From Candidatus Thalassarchaeum betae (GTDB lineage: Archaea; Thermoplasmatota; Poseidoniia; Poseidoniales; Thalassarchaeaceae), in the NCBI GenBank assembly GCA_003193925.1, contig PSPG01000003.1, forward strand, positions 32,001 through 96,000: 64,000 bases of DNA, read 5' to 3'. Shown piece after piece: positions 17,118 through 26,958 of this stretch. The notes beneath the pieces are model-generated. The model did not search any database, had not been told where the DNA came from, and saw only the letters and a list, made by a program, of their open reading frames with translations. Numbering within the stretch: the stretch's first letter is position 1; the number at the start of each line of letters is the position of its first letter. Both the position numbers and the translations under genes were made by a program.

Positions 17118-19994
17118 ATGGCGATTACCCGGCAGGGAGTCTGGAGATGCCCCTCCTGTGAGCATCATCAGACATGGAGGACGAAAGAATCGATCGAGAG
17201 AATTGACAGGAGGTGCAAGCACTGCGGCAAGCGGGTCCGGGCGATCCTCGACCGTTCTTCGAGCGGACAGGGTAGGCAGCGGGCGGTGCAGATCTGGGAG
17301 CGTGATACCACCTTGGACCTGGATGAGCTCAAGGATGAGGCCCTTCGCAGAGACCAGGAGTCAGAGCGAAGGGTCGAGCGGGCGGACTCGATCCGCTCTT
17401 ATGCTTCCGGGACTGCTTCCCAGAGCGACCTGCCTACGATATGGGGGGCGGGCTGGGAGCCTAGCTCCGCCCTCGACTTCCCGACCCCGCTGAGCTCCTC
17501 GTCAGCCCGGGCCGAACTGCTCAGATTCGTCGTCGAGAGACATGACGGTCACCTCGGCGCTGCAGCCTCAAGTTGGGACGAGCTAGGGGCTCCGGAGTCA
17601 TTCGGAGGAGAGGCTTTCCACGAGTTCTCGAAGCGTTATGTGAGTGCCCTTGAAGAGTCCCTGCACGAGCGTCTACTGACTCCTGCGCTATCCTCGTTGG
17701 GAGATGCCGAGGTCATACCCAGAAGGTCGGGTGAACTGCATCTGGAACGGCGTGCTGCGAGGCTATTGCTCGACATCGTACTATGCTTGAGGCGAATCGC
17801 CCACTACGCTTCAATCACCCTCGAGCAACGCATGGAGTGGCAGAGGATGATGACTAGGACGAGAGCAGTAGACGAGCACCTCAAGGACCTCTTCGCGAAC
17901 GGCCTGCCCACGCCCGATGGCGGAACCTTCGGAGGAAAGGGATTCCGTTCGACCTGGCAGGAGGGAGTGGTCGCGTGCGCGGGCGCGATGCGAAGGGGCA
18001 TCGATATCCCAGAGGAGGAACGCGCTCGAGCCGACATCGTAGCCCCGATGATCCGGGACGTCGGACTCGCACTGGCCATGGGACAGACTGCGACCGAGGT
18101 CTTCGCCGCCCAGATAGGCAAGTCCGGCTCGTACATGGACGGCGGGCAGGAGGGCTCGGGCGGAAGGGACCTGCACATCGGCAACTGGGAGAAGGGGATC
18201 CTGCCCCCGACCGCTCCCCTGCCGATAGCGAGCGCCACCACCACCGGAGTTGCTCTCGCGGCGTCTAGGCTCGGAGTGGACCGTTTTCACCTCGCGCCAG
18301 TCGGTGAGGGCTGCAGCAGCAGCGGCGAGTTCTGGGAGGCGATGAACCTCGCAGGAGCCCGCGGACTACCGATATCTTTCATGATCCAGAACAACCAGAT
18401 CGCCCTAGACACCTTCGTGACCGGCCAGTCCGGAGTCGAGACCTTCGGCGACAAGGGGCATGCCATGGGGATGCCGGCCTGGACGATGGACGGCTCGGAC
18501 CCGGGGCTGTTCTACGCCTCCACCGCCGTCGCGAGGGAGTTCGCGACCGGTGGAGGGGGGCCGACCCTGATACACGTCGAGACGATGCGGGGCTGCGGGC
18601 ACGCGCACCACCATGACGACCTGTACCTCGGTGCAGCCTCGGGGAACCCGCCCGGCTACGTCGACCGAGAGCTGCTCACCTACTGGGCGGAGAAGGACCC
18701 AGTCCCGAACCACCGGGAACTGATGATCCAGCTCGGTGCGGACGAGAGGGAGATCGAGTCGATGGAGGCTCTAGAGCAGGCGTTGGTGGATGCCTCCCGG
18801 GAGGAGATGGAGGAGATGCCGTGGCCCGAGGGCCACACCGTGACAAAGGGCGTGACGAGCCTACATGACGCTACCGGACACGCCGAGCAGTACGAGAGGT
18901 TCGGGCGCGAGGTGGCTGTGGTCGATTCGCCTCTGGCTCCGGGTGAGAGCTCTCTAGAGTTCTCTGACGCCTCCAACTCCTGGACCTTCAGTCGAGCCAT
19001 CCAAAGAGGGATGGTCTCGATCGCCGAGAAGCACGGCGACAAGGTCGTGTTCATGGGGCAGGACATGGAAGTCGCCGGTGCCTTCGGCATGACTATTCCA
19101 CTGATTGCCAAGGGGCATTCGGACAAACTCCTCGACATGCCACTGTCCGAGTCCGTCATCGTCCACTCCGCTATTGGCGCGGCCTTAGGCGGGATGCGCC
19201 CGGTAGCAGAGATCCAATTCGGCGGCTTCGCTGCTCTGGCGATGAACGCACTCGTCAACAACGCGGCCCAACTGCGCTGGCGCTGGGGTGCGAATGTTCC
19301 GGTCACCGTCCGGATACCCCTCGGTGGGAAGACGCGTAGTGGGCCGTTCCATGCAAACATGATCGAGTCTTGGTTCCTCAACGACCCGGGCTTGGTGATA
19401 GTCTTCCCGAGCACTCCGCAAGACGCCTACGACCTGCTCATCGAGTCTCACGAACTCGCTGACCCGGTCGTCTTCCTCGAGCACCTCGGGCTGTATGGAT
19501 TGAAGGGGGGCTTGACCGGCTGGGGGGAGTTGATCAACCAGCTCGTGGACACCGAGTCAGTCCACCAGCGACTTGCCGCTGGAGAGAACTCATTGGGAGA
19601 GGCCCGCGTCGTCCGGGGTGGCAAGGACCTGACCATCGTCACCTGGGGTGCGATGGTCCATGTCGCGATGAAAGCGGCCTCCGAGGCGGCCAAGAAGGGG
19701 ATCGAAGTCGAAGTGGTCGACCTTCGGACCATACTGCCCTTCGACGCCCGGACCTGCATCGAATCGGTGCGACGGACCGGACGCCTCGTAGTCCTGCAGG
19801 AAGCGCAGTGGACTGGGGGCTTGGGCAACACCGTGAGCAGTCGCATCCTCGAGGAGGCGTTCTGGTGCCTCGAGTCCCCTCCCGTGGTCATAGGCGCGCT
19901 CGACACCCCTGTCCCCTTCGCCCCCACTCTGGAGGACTACACCATACCCACAGCCGAACTGGTGTCCCGTCACATCGAGAGGATGTGCGCCTGA
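17118..19994 (+). CDS. 2-oxoacid dehydrogenase E1 alpha+beta fusion with N-terminal Zn-ribbon extension
   Basis: ThDP motif VGEGCSSSGEFWEAMN...QNNQ. Beta-subunit motifs LDMPLSES, RPVAEIQF, SGPFH, EVVDLRTILPFD. N-terminal CPSC...CKHC. Confidence 0.9.
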   Translation: MAITRQGVWRCPSCEHHQTWRTKESIERIDRRCKHCGKRVRAILDRSSSGQGRQRAVQIWERDTTLDLDELKDEALRRDQESERRVERADSIRSYASGTASQSDLPTIWGAGWEPSSALDFPTPLSSSSARAELLRFVVERHDGHLGAAASSWDELGAPESFGGEAFHEFSKRYVSALEESLHERLLTPALSSLGDAEVIPRRSGELHLERRAARLLLDIVLCLRRIAHYASITLEQRMEWQRMMTRTRAVDEHLKDLFANGLPTPDGGTFGGKGFRSTWQEGVVACAGAMRRGIDIPEEERARADIVAPMIRDVGLALAMGQTATEVFAAQIGKSGSYMDGGQEGSGGRDLHIGNWEKGILPPTAPLPIASATTTGVALAASRLGVDRFHLAPVGEGCSSSGEFWEAMNLAGARGLPISFMIQNNQIALDTFVTGQSGVETFGDKGHAMGMPAWTMDGSDPGLFYASTAVAREFATGGGGPTLIHVETMRGCGHAHHHDDLYLGAASGNPPGYVDRELLTYWAEKDPVPNHRELMIQLGADEREIESMEALEQALVDASREEMEEMPWPEGHTVTKGVTSLHDATGHAEQYERFGREVAVVDSPLAPGESSLEFSDASNSWTFSRAIQRGMVSIAEKHGDKVVFMGQDMEVAGAFGMTIPLIAKGHSDKLLDMPLSESVIVHSAIGAALGGMRPVAEIQFGGFAALAMNALVNNAAQLRWRWGANVPVTVRIPLGGKTRSGPFHANMIESWFLNDPGLVIVFPSTPQDAYDLLIESHELADPVVFLEHLGLYGLKGGLTGWGELINQLVDTESVHQRLAAGENSLGEARVVRGGKDLTIVTWGAMVHVAMKAASEAAKKGIEVEVVDLRTILPFDARTCIESVRRTGRLVVLQEAQWTGGLGNTVSSRILEEAFWCLESPPVVIGALDTPVPFAPTLEDYTIPTAELVSRHIERMCA

Positions 19995-20055
19995 GTACCC
20001 CGGTCGCCCAACCAAATGGTCATGAGCGTAGTGCCGTCTCCCGAGAGCGAGTCGC

Positions 20056-21000
20056 ATGGCCTTGGCAGAGACTGACGGGATGCTTGTCATTGCCGGGTTC
20101 GTCCTCCTGATGCTGGGGGGCGAGTTCGTCGTCCAAGGAGCCATCACCATAGCCAACAGGCTGAAGGTCCCGCCGCTCCTGATCGGATTCACCGTCGTCG
20201 CCATCGGGACATCGCTGCCGGAGTTGGCAGTTGTCTTGGAGGCAGTCAGCGAAGGCACCCACGAGATCGCCGTCGGAGCTGTTCTCGGCTCCAACGTGGC
20301 CAATGTGATGCTGGTTCTGGGAACCGCGGCCCTGCTTGGCGCGGCATCGGACCCCGGGCCCGGCATCCGTCGCGACGCGATAGCCGTCGCCGTCGCCACC
20401 GTGATCCTGCTGGCTGCCGTGCTGATCGGGGAGATCGCGTCGCAGTTCGGCGTCCTCATGCTGCTGGGCCTCGCCGCCTACTACACCTACTCCTACCGTG
20501 CCTCCAAGGCAGATGGGAACGATGTCGAGGACAGCAAGTCCTGGTTGCCTGACAACGTGAAACTGGCAATCCCGACCACCGTCGCGGGTGGCTACATGAT
20601 CTGGACTGGCGCTCAGATGCTGGTCGAGGGGGCCACTGGACTAGCGACCGACTACGGCATCTCCGAGTCCGTCATAGGCCTCTCGATAGTGGCGCTGGGA
20701 ACCTCCCTCCCCGAGTTAGCGGTGACTCTGGTCGCTGGGCTCAGGGGGCAGGGGGGCGTTGCCCTGGGCAACGTGCTTGGCTCCAACGTCATCAACATCC
20801 TCGGCATCCTGGGTGTGGCCTCTACATACGCGGGAGGGCTAATCGTAGCTCCGGAATTCGCTGTGCGGGACATCTGGGTCGTCGTCCTCACATCGGGCTT
20901 CATCGTAGCCATGCTGCTGGACGAGCGTCACATCGGCAGGCGGGTGGGAGCGACGATGGTCGCCGGTTACCTGGCGTACATGGTGTTCCTGTACCTCTAG
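20056..21000 (+). CDS. Calcium/sodium (CaCA, YrbG-like) antiporter
   Basis: Two alpha-repeats: GTSLPEL...GSNVAN and GTSLPEL...GSNVIN. Confidence 0.95.
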   Translation: MALAETDGMLVIAGFVLLMLGGEFVVQGAITIANRLKVPPLLIGFTVVAIGTSLPELAVVLEAVSEGTHEIAVGAVLGSNVANVMLVLGTAALLGAASDPGPGIRRDAIAVAVATVILLAAVLIGEIASQFGVLMLLGLAAYYTYSYRASKADGNDVEDSKSWLPDNVKLAIPTTVAGGYMIWTGAQMLVEGATGLATDYGISESVIGLSIVALGTSLPELAVTLVAGLRGQGGVALGNVLGSNVINILGILGVASTYAGGLIVAPEFAVRDIWVVVLTSGFIVAMLLDERHIGRRVGATMVAGYLAYMVFLYL

Positions 21001-21059
21001 GTCCGGTTAGCGCTATCCGGGGTGCGAACCGCTAAGACCGAGGCCTCGCCCCTAGGGCC

Positions 21060-22205
21060 ATGGTCGACTTCAGCCTGTCAGAGGAGCAGCGTATGCTCCA
21101 GGAGGCGGCGCGCGAGTTTGCTGCTGCGGAAGTCCAGCCGCACGCTGAGAAGTGGGACCGTGAGAGCACCTTCCCGCGAGAGGCGATACGCAAGGCCAAC
21201 GAACTCGGTCTGCTCACCGTCAAGATTCCCGAGGAGTACGGCGGCTACGGCATGGGCTCCTTCGAGGAGGTTCTGATATGCGAGGAAATCGGATGGGGCG
21301 ACCCTGGGTTCGCCACCGCATCTGGCAGCACGATGCTGGCTTCCTACCCACTCATCACAGGCGGCACTGAGGACCAGAAGCAGCGCTACCTGTCCAAGGT
21401 CGCCGATGGCTGCATCGCAGCCTACTGTGTGACGGAACCCGGTGCCGGTAGCGATGTGCAGTCGATTCGGACGCAAGCCGTCAGGGACGGTGACGACTAT
21501 GTCGTCACCGGCAGCAAGATGTGGATCACCGGAGCCGGTCACGCTGACTGGTTCTTCGTTCTGGCATACACCGACAGGGAAGCTGGGTACAGGGGAATGA
21601 GCGGTTTCATCGTCGACGCCGACAGCGCCGGCGTCGTGCTCGGCAAGAAGGAGGAGAACATGGGCCAGCGCTGCTCCGACACGCGCGCGGTCGACTTCAA
21701 CGACGTTCGCGTGCCGGCGGAGAACCTCATCGGCGGCGAGGAGAACGGCGGCTGGATGAATGCGATGAGGGCGTTCGACCTCTCGAGGCCCACGATATCC
21801 GCGCACGCCGTCGGCAATGCCAGGGGCGCCATGGAAGAGGCCCTGAGGTACGCCAATGAGCGCAGCACCTTCGGAAAGCCGATCTACAGGCACCAAGCGA
21901 TCTCGTTCATGATCGCTGACATGGCGACCAAGATCGAAGCTGCCAGGCTTCTGACGTGGTGCGCGGCGAAGAAGGCCGACGCCGGCGAGCGCAACACACT
22001 CGAAGCCGCCCACGCCAAGCGCTTCTCCGCCGACATGGCGATGGAGGTGACCACCGACGCGGTGCAGGTGTTCGGCGGATACGGCTACTCCGAGGAGTAT
22101 CCCGTGGCCCGCCGCATGCGAGGTGCCAAGGTGGTTCAGATCTTCGAGGGTTCGAGCCAGATTCAGAGGATGATCATCGGGCGAGAGCTGCTCCGGGGCA
22201 TGTGA
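21060..22205 (+). CDS. Acyl-CoA dehydrogenase
   Basis: YCVTEPGAGSD, GSKMWIT, RSTFGKPI, QVFGGYGY, QIFEGSSQIQR. Confidence 0.96.
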   Translation: MVDFSLSEEQRMLQEAAREFAAAEVQPHAEKWDRESTFPREAIRKANELGLLTVKIPEEYGGYGMGSFEEVLICEEIGWGDPGFATASGSTMLASYPLITGGTEDQKQRYLSKVADGCIAAYCVTEPGAGSDVQSIRTQAVRDGDDYVVTGSKMWITGAGHADWFFVLAYTDREAGYRGMSGFIVDADSAGVVLGKKEENMGQRCSDTRAVDFNDVRVPAENLIGGEENGGWMNAMRAFDLSRPTISAHAVGNARGAMEEALRYANERSTFGKPIYRHQAISFMIADMATKIEAARLLTWCAAKKADAGERNTLEAAHAKRFSADMAMEVTTDAVQVFGGYGYSEEYPVARRMRGAKVVQIFEGSSQIQRMIIGRELLRGM

Positions 22206-22215
22206 TGGTGGTGAG

Positions 22216-22797
22216 ATGGCCGAAGACGCCGTTGCTATCGGCTGCGTCGTCCTAGCGGCGGGTGGCAGCGGGCGCCTCGGGCAGCCCAAGGCGCTGATCG
22301 AGGTGGGTCAAGGCACCCTGATCCAATGGCTGGTCGGAAGGCTCGAGAGCCACGGCCTAGCGCCAGTGGTCGTGACGCGGGGGGAGTTGCTGGAGGATGT
22401 GGCGGCATCCGTCGCTTGCCGGGTAATCGTCAACCCTCGTCCGGAGGATGGGCGGACCGGGACCCTCCAAGTGGGCATCGCCCACCTCGATAGAGAGATC
22501 GGTCCCGGGTACGGCCTGCTGGTGGTGCCCGTAGACCGCCCGGGCTTCTCGGACTCGACTCTCCGGAGTCTCATCTCCTCGGAGCGCACCGCCTGCCCGA
22601 CGAAGGACGGGAGGGGAGCGCATCCGATCGTCATTTTAGCCGCCGAAGTCGGGAGGATTCGAAGCGCTGCGCCCGACGCTCCGCTACGCGAACTGATAGA
22701 ACCTTTCCGACTAGAGGTCGAGGACCCCCACCTGCACCTCAACGTAGATCTGCCAGGAGATTTGATCGGTCTGGATGATTCGTTGGTGAATCTGTGA
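22216..22797 (+). CDS. MocA/MobA-like NTP transferase (molybdenum cofactor nucleotidyltransferase)
   Basis: VVLAAGGSGRLGQPKAL, VPVDRP, GAHP, NVD, plus proximity to xdhC and the molybdoenzyme. Confidence 0.85.
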   Translation: MAEDAVAIGCVVLAAGGSGRLGQPKALIEVGQGTLIQWLVGRLESHGLAPVVVTRGELLEDVAASVACRVIVNPRPEDGRTGTLQVGIAHLDREIGPGYGLLVVPVDRPGFSDSTLRSLISSERTACPTKDGRGAHPIVILAAEVGRIRSAAPDAPLRELIEPFRLEVEDPHLHLNVDLPGDLIGLDDSLVNL

Positions 22798-22861
22798 TAC
22801 AGAGTGCTTTGGAATAGGAAGCATATTCTTTTCAGTCAATCCACTTTCGGGAGTCCGTAAC

Positions 22862-23680
22862 ATGGGCATCGTAGCATTCATGGAAGGTTTCGACCCCATT
22901 CAACAGGCCTTGATCGCGGGCCTCTTCACATGGTTCTTGACAGCGGCGGGAGCCGCTATTGTGATATTCTTCAAGGAAATAGATAGGAAGGTACTGGATG
23001 GTATGCTGGGATTCGCAGCTGGTGTCATGATAGCAGCCAGTTTCTGGTCACTTCTCTCTCCGGCTCTAGAATTATCGGAAGGCAAGGATCTGCCAGTCTG
23101 GTTCCCTGCGCTCGTGGGATTCCTACTTGGAGGATTCTGCATGAGACTAATCGACATGTTCCTTCCGCATCTTCACCCAGGAGCGCCTCCCGAAGAGGTA
23201 GAGGGAGTCGATAGCTCCTGGCACAGAAGCATGTTGCTCGTCTCGGCGATCACCCTCCACAATATCCCAGAGGGGCTCGCAATCGGAGTGGCATTCGGGG
23301 CCGCAGCCTCAGGATTCGAGGGTGCGACCACGGGCGGAGCGATAGCACTGGCAATAGGAATCGGTATCCAGAACTTCCCCGAGGGGGCGGCGGTCTCGCT
23401 GCCCCTCAGACGTGAGGGGCTCTCGAGGAGGGGCAGCTTCCTGTGGGGGCAATTATCCGCTAGCGTCGAGCCTGTGGCAGCCGTGTTGGGGGCTGCACTG
23501 GTGATCGTTGCGACACCCATTCTTCCCTATGCCTTGGCTTTCGCGGCGGGTGCGATGATCTTCGTAGTGGTCGAGGAACTGATACCAGAGGCCCACAGGG
23601 GCGGGAACGGCGATATCGCCACCATGGGCGCGATGTTAGGATTCGCCGTCATGATGGTTCTCGACGTCGCCTTCGCATGA
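22862..23680 (+). CDS. ZIP (GufA-like) divalent metal transporter
   Basis: GFAAGVMIAASFWSLL, LHNIPEG, IQNFPEG, VVEELIPE. Confidence 0.95.
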   Translation: MGIVAFMEGFDPIQQALIAGLFTWFLTAAGAAIVIFFKEIDRKVLDGMLGFAAGVMIAASFWSLLSPALELSEGKDLPVWFPALVGFLLGGFCMRLIDMFLPHLHPGAPPEEVEGVDSSWHRSMLLVSAITLHNIPEGLAIGVAFGAAASGFEGATTGGAIALAIGIGIQNFPEGAAVSLPLRREGLSRRGSFLWGQLSASVEPVAAVLGAALVIVATPILPYALAFAAGAMIFVVVEELIPEAHRGGNGDIATMGAMLGFAVMMVLDVAFA

Positions 23681-23725
23681 TTCCGGTTGCGCAACCACAA
23701 AGGCACACTACCTGCTCTCAGGGAC

Positions 23726-24556
23726 GTGACTCGCGCTGTCCTGACATGGGTGCTAGAGAGGCTCGAGGGCGGCGAGCGCGTCGCCATGGCCTCGGTAATC
23801 GAGGCCAGCGGCAGTGTGCCGGGCAAGCCTGGAGCGAGGCTCGCGATGACATCAGGGGGGGCAAAGTTCGGCACCGTCGGTGGAGCCGGGCTCGAGTTGA
23901 AGGTCGAGAACGCTCTGAAAGAGTTGCTCAACGGGAGCCGGGAGCCTGCCCGCAGCAAGGGGGGGAAGGTGGAGACCTTCCTGCTCTACAAGGATGCGAA
24001 GGGAGAAGAAGTGACGTCCCTTGACAGCCTATGCGGCGGCCGCGTTACCGTCGCCATGGAGGTCATCGAGCCCATGCCGCACATACTCATCGCAGGTGGC
24101 GGGCACGTCGGCCGCTCGGTCGCTATCGTATGCGACACGCTCGGCTGGTCGCACAGCGTTTTCGACGTTCGCCCCGAGTACGCCGACTCTGAGCGCTACC
24201 CCTTCGCAACCGAGTTGCACGCCAAGGCGGTCTCGGAGTTCCTGGACTCTGAGGACGCCGTCTCCCTGAGCAGATTCTCCGACGTTCTGCTGCTGGGCCA
24301 CGACTGGGTCGTAGACCAGCAGATGCTGCTGGGGATGCTGAGCGAGTTCGACGGGGGCTCGCGGCCGAGGATTGGCGTCATCGGCTCGACCGTGAAGTGG
24401 AACGCTTTCCGTGAGGCCGCCGTCGAAGAGGGCATCTCACAGGCCGCAGTCGACTCGGTGAGATGCCCCATCGGACTCGACATCGGCGCGGACTCGCCGG
24501 AGGAGATCGCCGTAGCGGTCTGCGCCGAGATCATGGCTCTGGAGAAGCGGGATTAG
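23726..24556 (+). CDS. xdhC: XdhC/CoxI-family molybdoenzyme maturation factor
   Basis: GSVPGKPGA, GTVGGAGLE, CGG, GGGHVG, IGVIGS, CPIGLDIGADSPEEIAVAVCAEI. GTG 23726 chosen as start. Confidence 0.92.
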   Translation: MTRAVLTWVLERLEGGERVAMASVIEASGSVPGKPGARLAMTSGGAKFGTVGGAGLELKVENALKELLNGSREPARSKGGKVETFLLYKDAKGEEVTSLDSLCGGRVTVAMEVIEPMPHILIAGGGHVGRSVAIVCDTLGWSHSVFDVRPEYADSERYPFATELHAKAVSEFLDSEDAVSLSRFSDVLLLGHDWVVDQQMLLGMLSEFDGGSRPRIGVIGSTVKWNAFREAAVEEGISQAAVDSVRCPIGLDIGADSPEEIAVAVCAEIMALEKRD

Positions 24557-24559
24557 AAA

Positions 24560-24958
24560 TCACTCGACGAGTTCCGTCTCGTCCTCATCCGCTGCTCCCC
24601 TAGGTTCTATTTCGACGATATGGACATCCTGGCTCTCGGTGACATGAACTATTTCGGGTTGCCTTTCCAGACTTGGGATGAAAGTGGCTATTGACACCCA
24701 TATCAACACTATAATCAGAATAACAGTTAACGAATTCTGAACAGCATTTGTCAAGTCTTCCTGTTCAAAGGATGCTATCCATGCCCATACGAAACCAGTT
24801 GCGAATGCTATTGTTAGCAATATTGAGCCTACAATCGCTAGGCCCACTCTGACAGGCATCTTCCCGAAAGCGCCGAAAACAAGATTGATGATTTTTGAAA
24901 TGTTACTAGTAGTGAACCTGAAAACGCTTGAGAATAGTTTCCTGCCTATGAATCCCAC
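24560..24958 (-). CDS. AT-rich hypothetical membrane protein
   Basis: GTG start preceded by GAGGGTGA, two TM segments, acidic tail. Confidence 0.65.
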   Translation of the reverse strand: MGFIGRKLFSSVFRFTTSNISKIINLVFGAFGKMPVRVGLAIVGSILLTIAFATGFVWAWIASFEQEDLTNAVQNSLTVILIIVLIWVSIATFIPSLERQPEIVHVTESQDVHIVEIEPRGAADEDETELVE

Positions 24959-25062
24959 TGTATCACCCTCGGATATGTTACGGTGAGTTCCTACATGAAT
25001 ATGCCTGCAATTGCACTACAAATCCGACGAAGGCTGAAATCTCCCCAACGCCGCGGGAGAGC

Positions 25063-26283
25063 GTGCGCAACCTTGCCCTGATGCTCGCGCTTCTGGTTAT
25101 CACGGCTCCGCTCAGCGGCTGCCTGTTCTGGGGGGACGACGAGGAACCCGAGGTACAGCCCGAGGAGGAGGTCGGTTTCGGTGCCTTCAGCGTGGTCGCC
25201 CCCATCGACACCGGAATCAACGTCTACCATAACCACTTCCGGATGAACGAGTCCTACCCGCAGTGGCTCCTCGACGGCTTCGGTGTGACCAAGGTCTGCG
25301 ATGTGACGTTGAATGGGACCTGGCAGGAGAGGTACGAGGCCGACAAGACCACCTGCTGGGACAACATAACCTCACAGGACGTCGTCTGGTTCCGCGGCAC
25401 CCGCATCATCGGCACCACTCCCGACGACAACACTGACATTCCGATCCTCGACGATCCGCAGGACGGGCACGGCACCGCCGTCACCGGAGCCGTACTCAAC
25501 GCCAATCCGGATGCTGTCATTTTCTTCGTCGAGGGTTTCAGTGACGCTGCCGTGCTCGCAGCGGCCAACCAGCCCCTAGTGGATCTTATCACCACGAGTT
25601 TCGGCCCAATCCTCTCTGTTCCAGTGCCTGGCATCGAGGACGCCACAAAGTTCGCTGTGGTGCAGAAGAAAAAGCTCCACACGGGGGCGGCCGACAACTC
25701 GCCCTCGCCGGCAGTCCAGGACTCGACGGCTGGCCCACCGTGGAGCATCGGCGTCTCGGGTTACGCCGAGGAGGGCGATGACCAGAAGGAGACGATGAGC
25801 GGCTCCTACCCCGACGTCGCCGCGGACTGGACGCAGGTTCTGCCCAACCATGACGACATCGACGGCTACCACGAGACCTCGGGCACCTCTTTCGCCACCC
25901 CTAGGACAGCAGGCCTGCTGTCGAAGGTCCTGATGCGGCTCCGAGCGGAGTTCGGGGACGCGTCTTCGGGAGCCGATCCTGACACACGCGACGGGCTGAT
26001 GGTGAACGGGACGAACTTCACCCTGACCAACGACGACCTGCGCGACACCCTGAACCTCTCGGGATGGTATCCCTCGTTCAACACCTGGGACCCGCTCTCT
26101 GGCACCACTCCGATCTCGCCCATAGCGCCTTGCACGCAAGTAGGCTGGGGTGTGGTGAACGAGAGCAACGTCCTGCCCATAATCGGGCACTTGAACGGCA
26201 CTTCGACGATGGCTAACAGGCCCAGTGACGTGGTCATGTGCATGGAGGCCAATCAGGCTATTCGTGAGGCCTACTGGGAATAA
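25063..26283 (+). CDS. S8-family serine peptidase lipoprotein
   Basis: Lipobox LSGC. Triad motifs PIDTG, GHGTAV and SGTSFATP. Confidence 0.85.
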   Translation: MRNLALMLALLVITAPLSGCLFWGDDEEPEVQPEEEVGFGAFSVVAPIDTGINVYHNHFRMNESYPQWLLDGFGVTKVCDVTLNGTWQERYEADKTTCWDNITSQDVVWFRGTRIIGTTPDDNTDIPILDDPQDGHGTAVTGAVLNANPDAVIFFVEGFSDAAVLAAANQPLVDLITTSFGPILSVPVPGIEDATKFAVVQKKKLHTGAADNSPSPAVQDSTAGPPWSIGVSGYAEEGDDQKETMSGSYPDVAADWTQVLPNHDDIDGYHETSGTSFATPRTAGLLSKVLMRLRAEFGDASSGADPDTRDGLMVNGTNFTLTNDDLRDTLNLSGWYPSFNTWDPLSGTTPISPIAPCTQVGWGVVNESNVLPIIGHLNGTSTMANRPSDVVMCMEANQAIREAYWE

Positions 26284-26315
26284 CAGCGACCGCTGAATAC
26301 AATATCCGACTTGGA

Positions 26316-26334
26316 TTGACCCCACAGGGGTCAA
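26316..26334. other. Intergenic perfect hairpin TTGACCCC-ACA-GGGGTCAA
   Basis: 8-bp inverted repeat with a 3-nt loop between the peptidase stop and the molybdoenzyme operon. Confidence 0.45.
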
Positions 26335-26375
26335 ACCGAATGCTCAAAGGATGACACTGCTGGTGTGGCCACTGC

Positions 26376-26948
26376 ATGGTTCAGTTCCGACTCCCAATGC
26401 TCCCGGCACCGGACGAGGTTTCGTGGTCCCCCAGCGTGAACGGAGTCAAGCTCGCGCTGCACATCGAGAGCAATGCGATTCTGCTCGACGTCCTGCGTGA
26501 CCAGGCAGGCAGCCTGGGTACCAAGCGGGGCTGTGACATGGGAACCTGCGGGTGCTGCAGCGTACTCGTCGACGGGACTCCCAAACTGTCTTGCCTGATG
26601 CTGGCCCAGGAAGCCGACGGCTGTGAGATCACCACCATCGAAGGGCTCGCAGACGGACATCACCTACACCCCATCCAGCAAACCTTCACTGAGTACGGCG
26701 GAAGCCAGTGTGGCTTCTGCACACCCGGTTTCCTAGTGGTCATCTCAGCTCTGCTGGACGAGAACCCAATCCCGTCAGACGACGAGATCAAGACGGCTAT
26801 CGAGGGCAATCTGTGCAGATGCACCGGCTACCAGCAGATCGTCGACTCAGTGCGCGCTGCCTCTGACATCCTGGTCTCCGGCAGCGGCACGCCGAATGCG
26901 ACCGATGCGAAGAGCGATCCGGATCCGAGCTACGGCGGAGAGGCGTAG
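26376..26948 (+). CDS. Xanthine dehydrogenase family 2x[2Fe-2S] subunit (HcrC-like)
   Basis: GCDMGTCGCCSVLVDG...SC, QCGFCTPG, NLCRCTGY. Confidence 0.95.
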   Translation: MVQFRLPMLPAPDEVSWSPSVNGVKLALHIESNAILLDVLRDQAGSLGTKRGCDMGTCGCCSVLVDGTPKLSCLMLAQEADGCEITTIEGLADGHHLHPIQQTFTEYGGSQCGFCTPGFLVVISALLDENPIPSDDEIKTAIEGNLCRCTGYQQIVDSVRAASDILVSGSGTPNATDAKSDPDPSYGGEA

Positions 26949-26958
26949 GTGATTCAAG

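Noticed and set aside
21078-22289. 403-aa minus-strand ORF (likewise 27010..28197, 32482..33378, 59787..60662 and 61758..62678)
   Set aside because: Each lies antisense to a well-supported gene. Long stop-free shadows are expected with high-GC codon bias, and none has a recognisable motif.
26284-26375. Moco riboswitch before the molybdoenzyme genes
   Set aside because: Three small hairpins are present, but I cannot match the Moco RNA consensus and the region is short.
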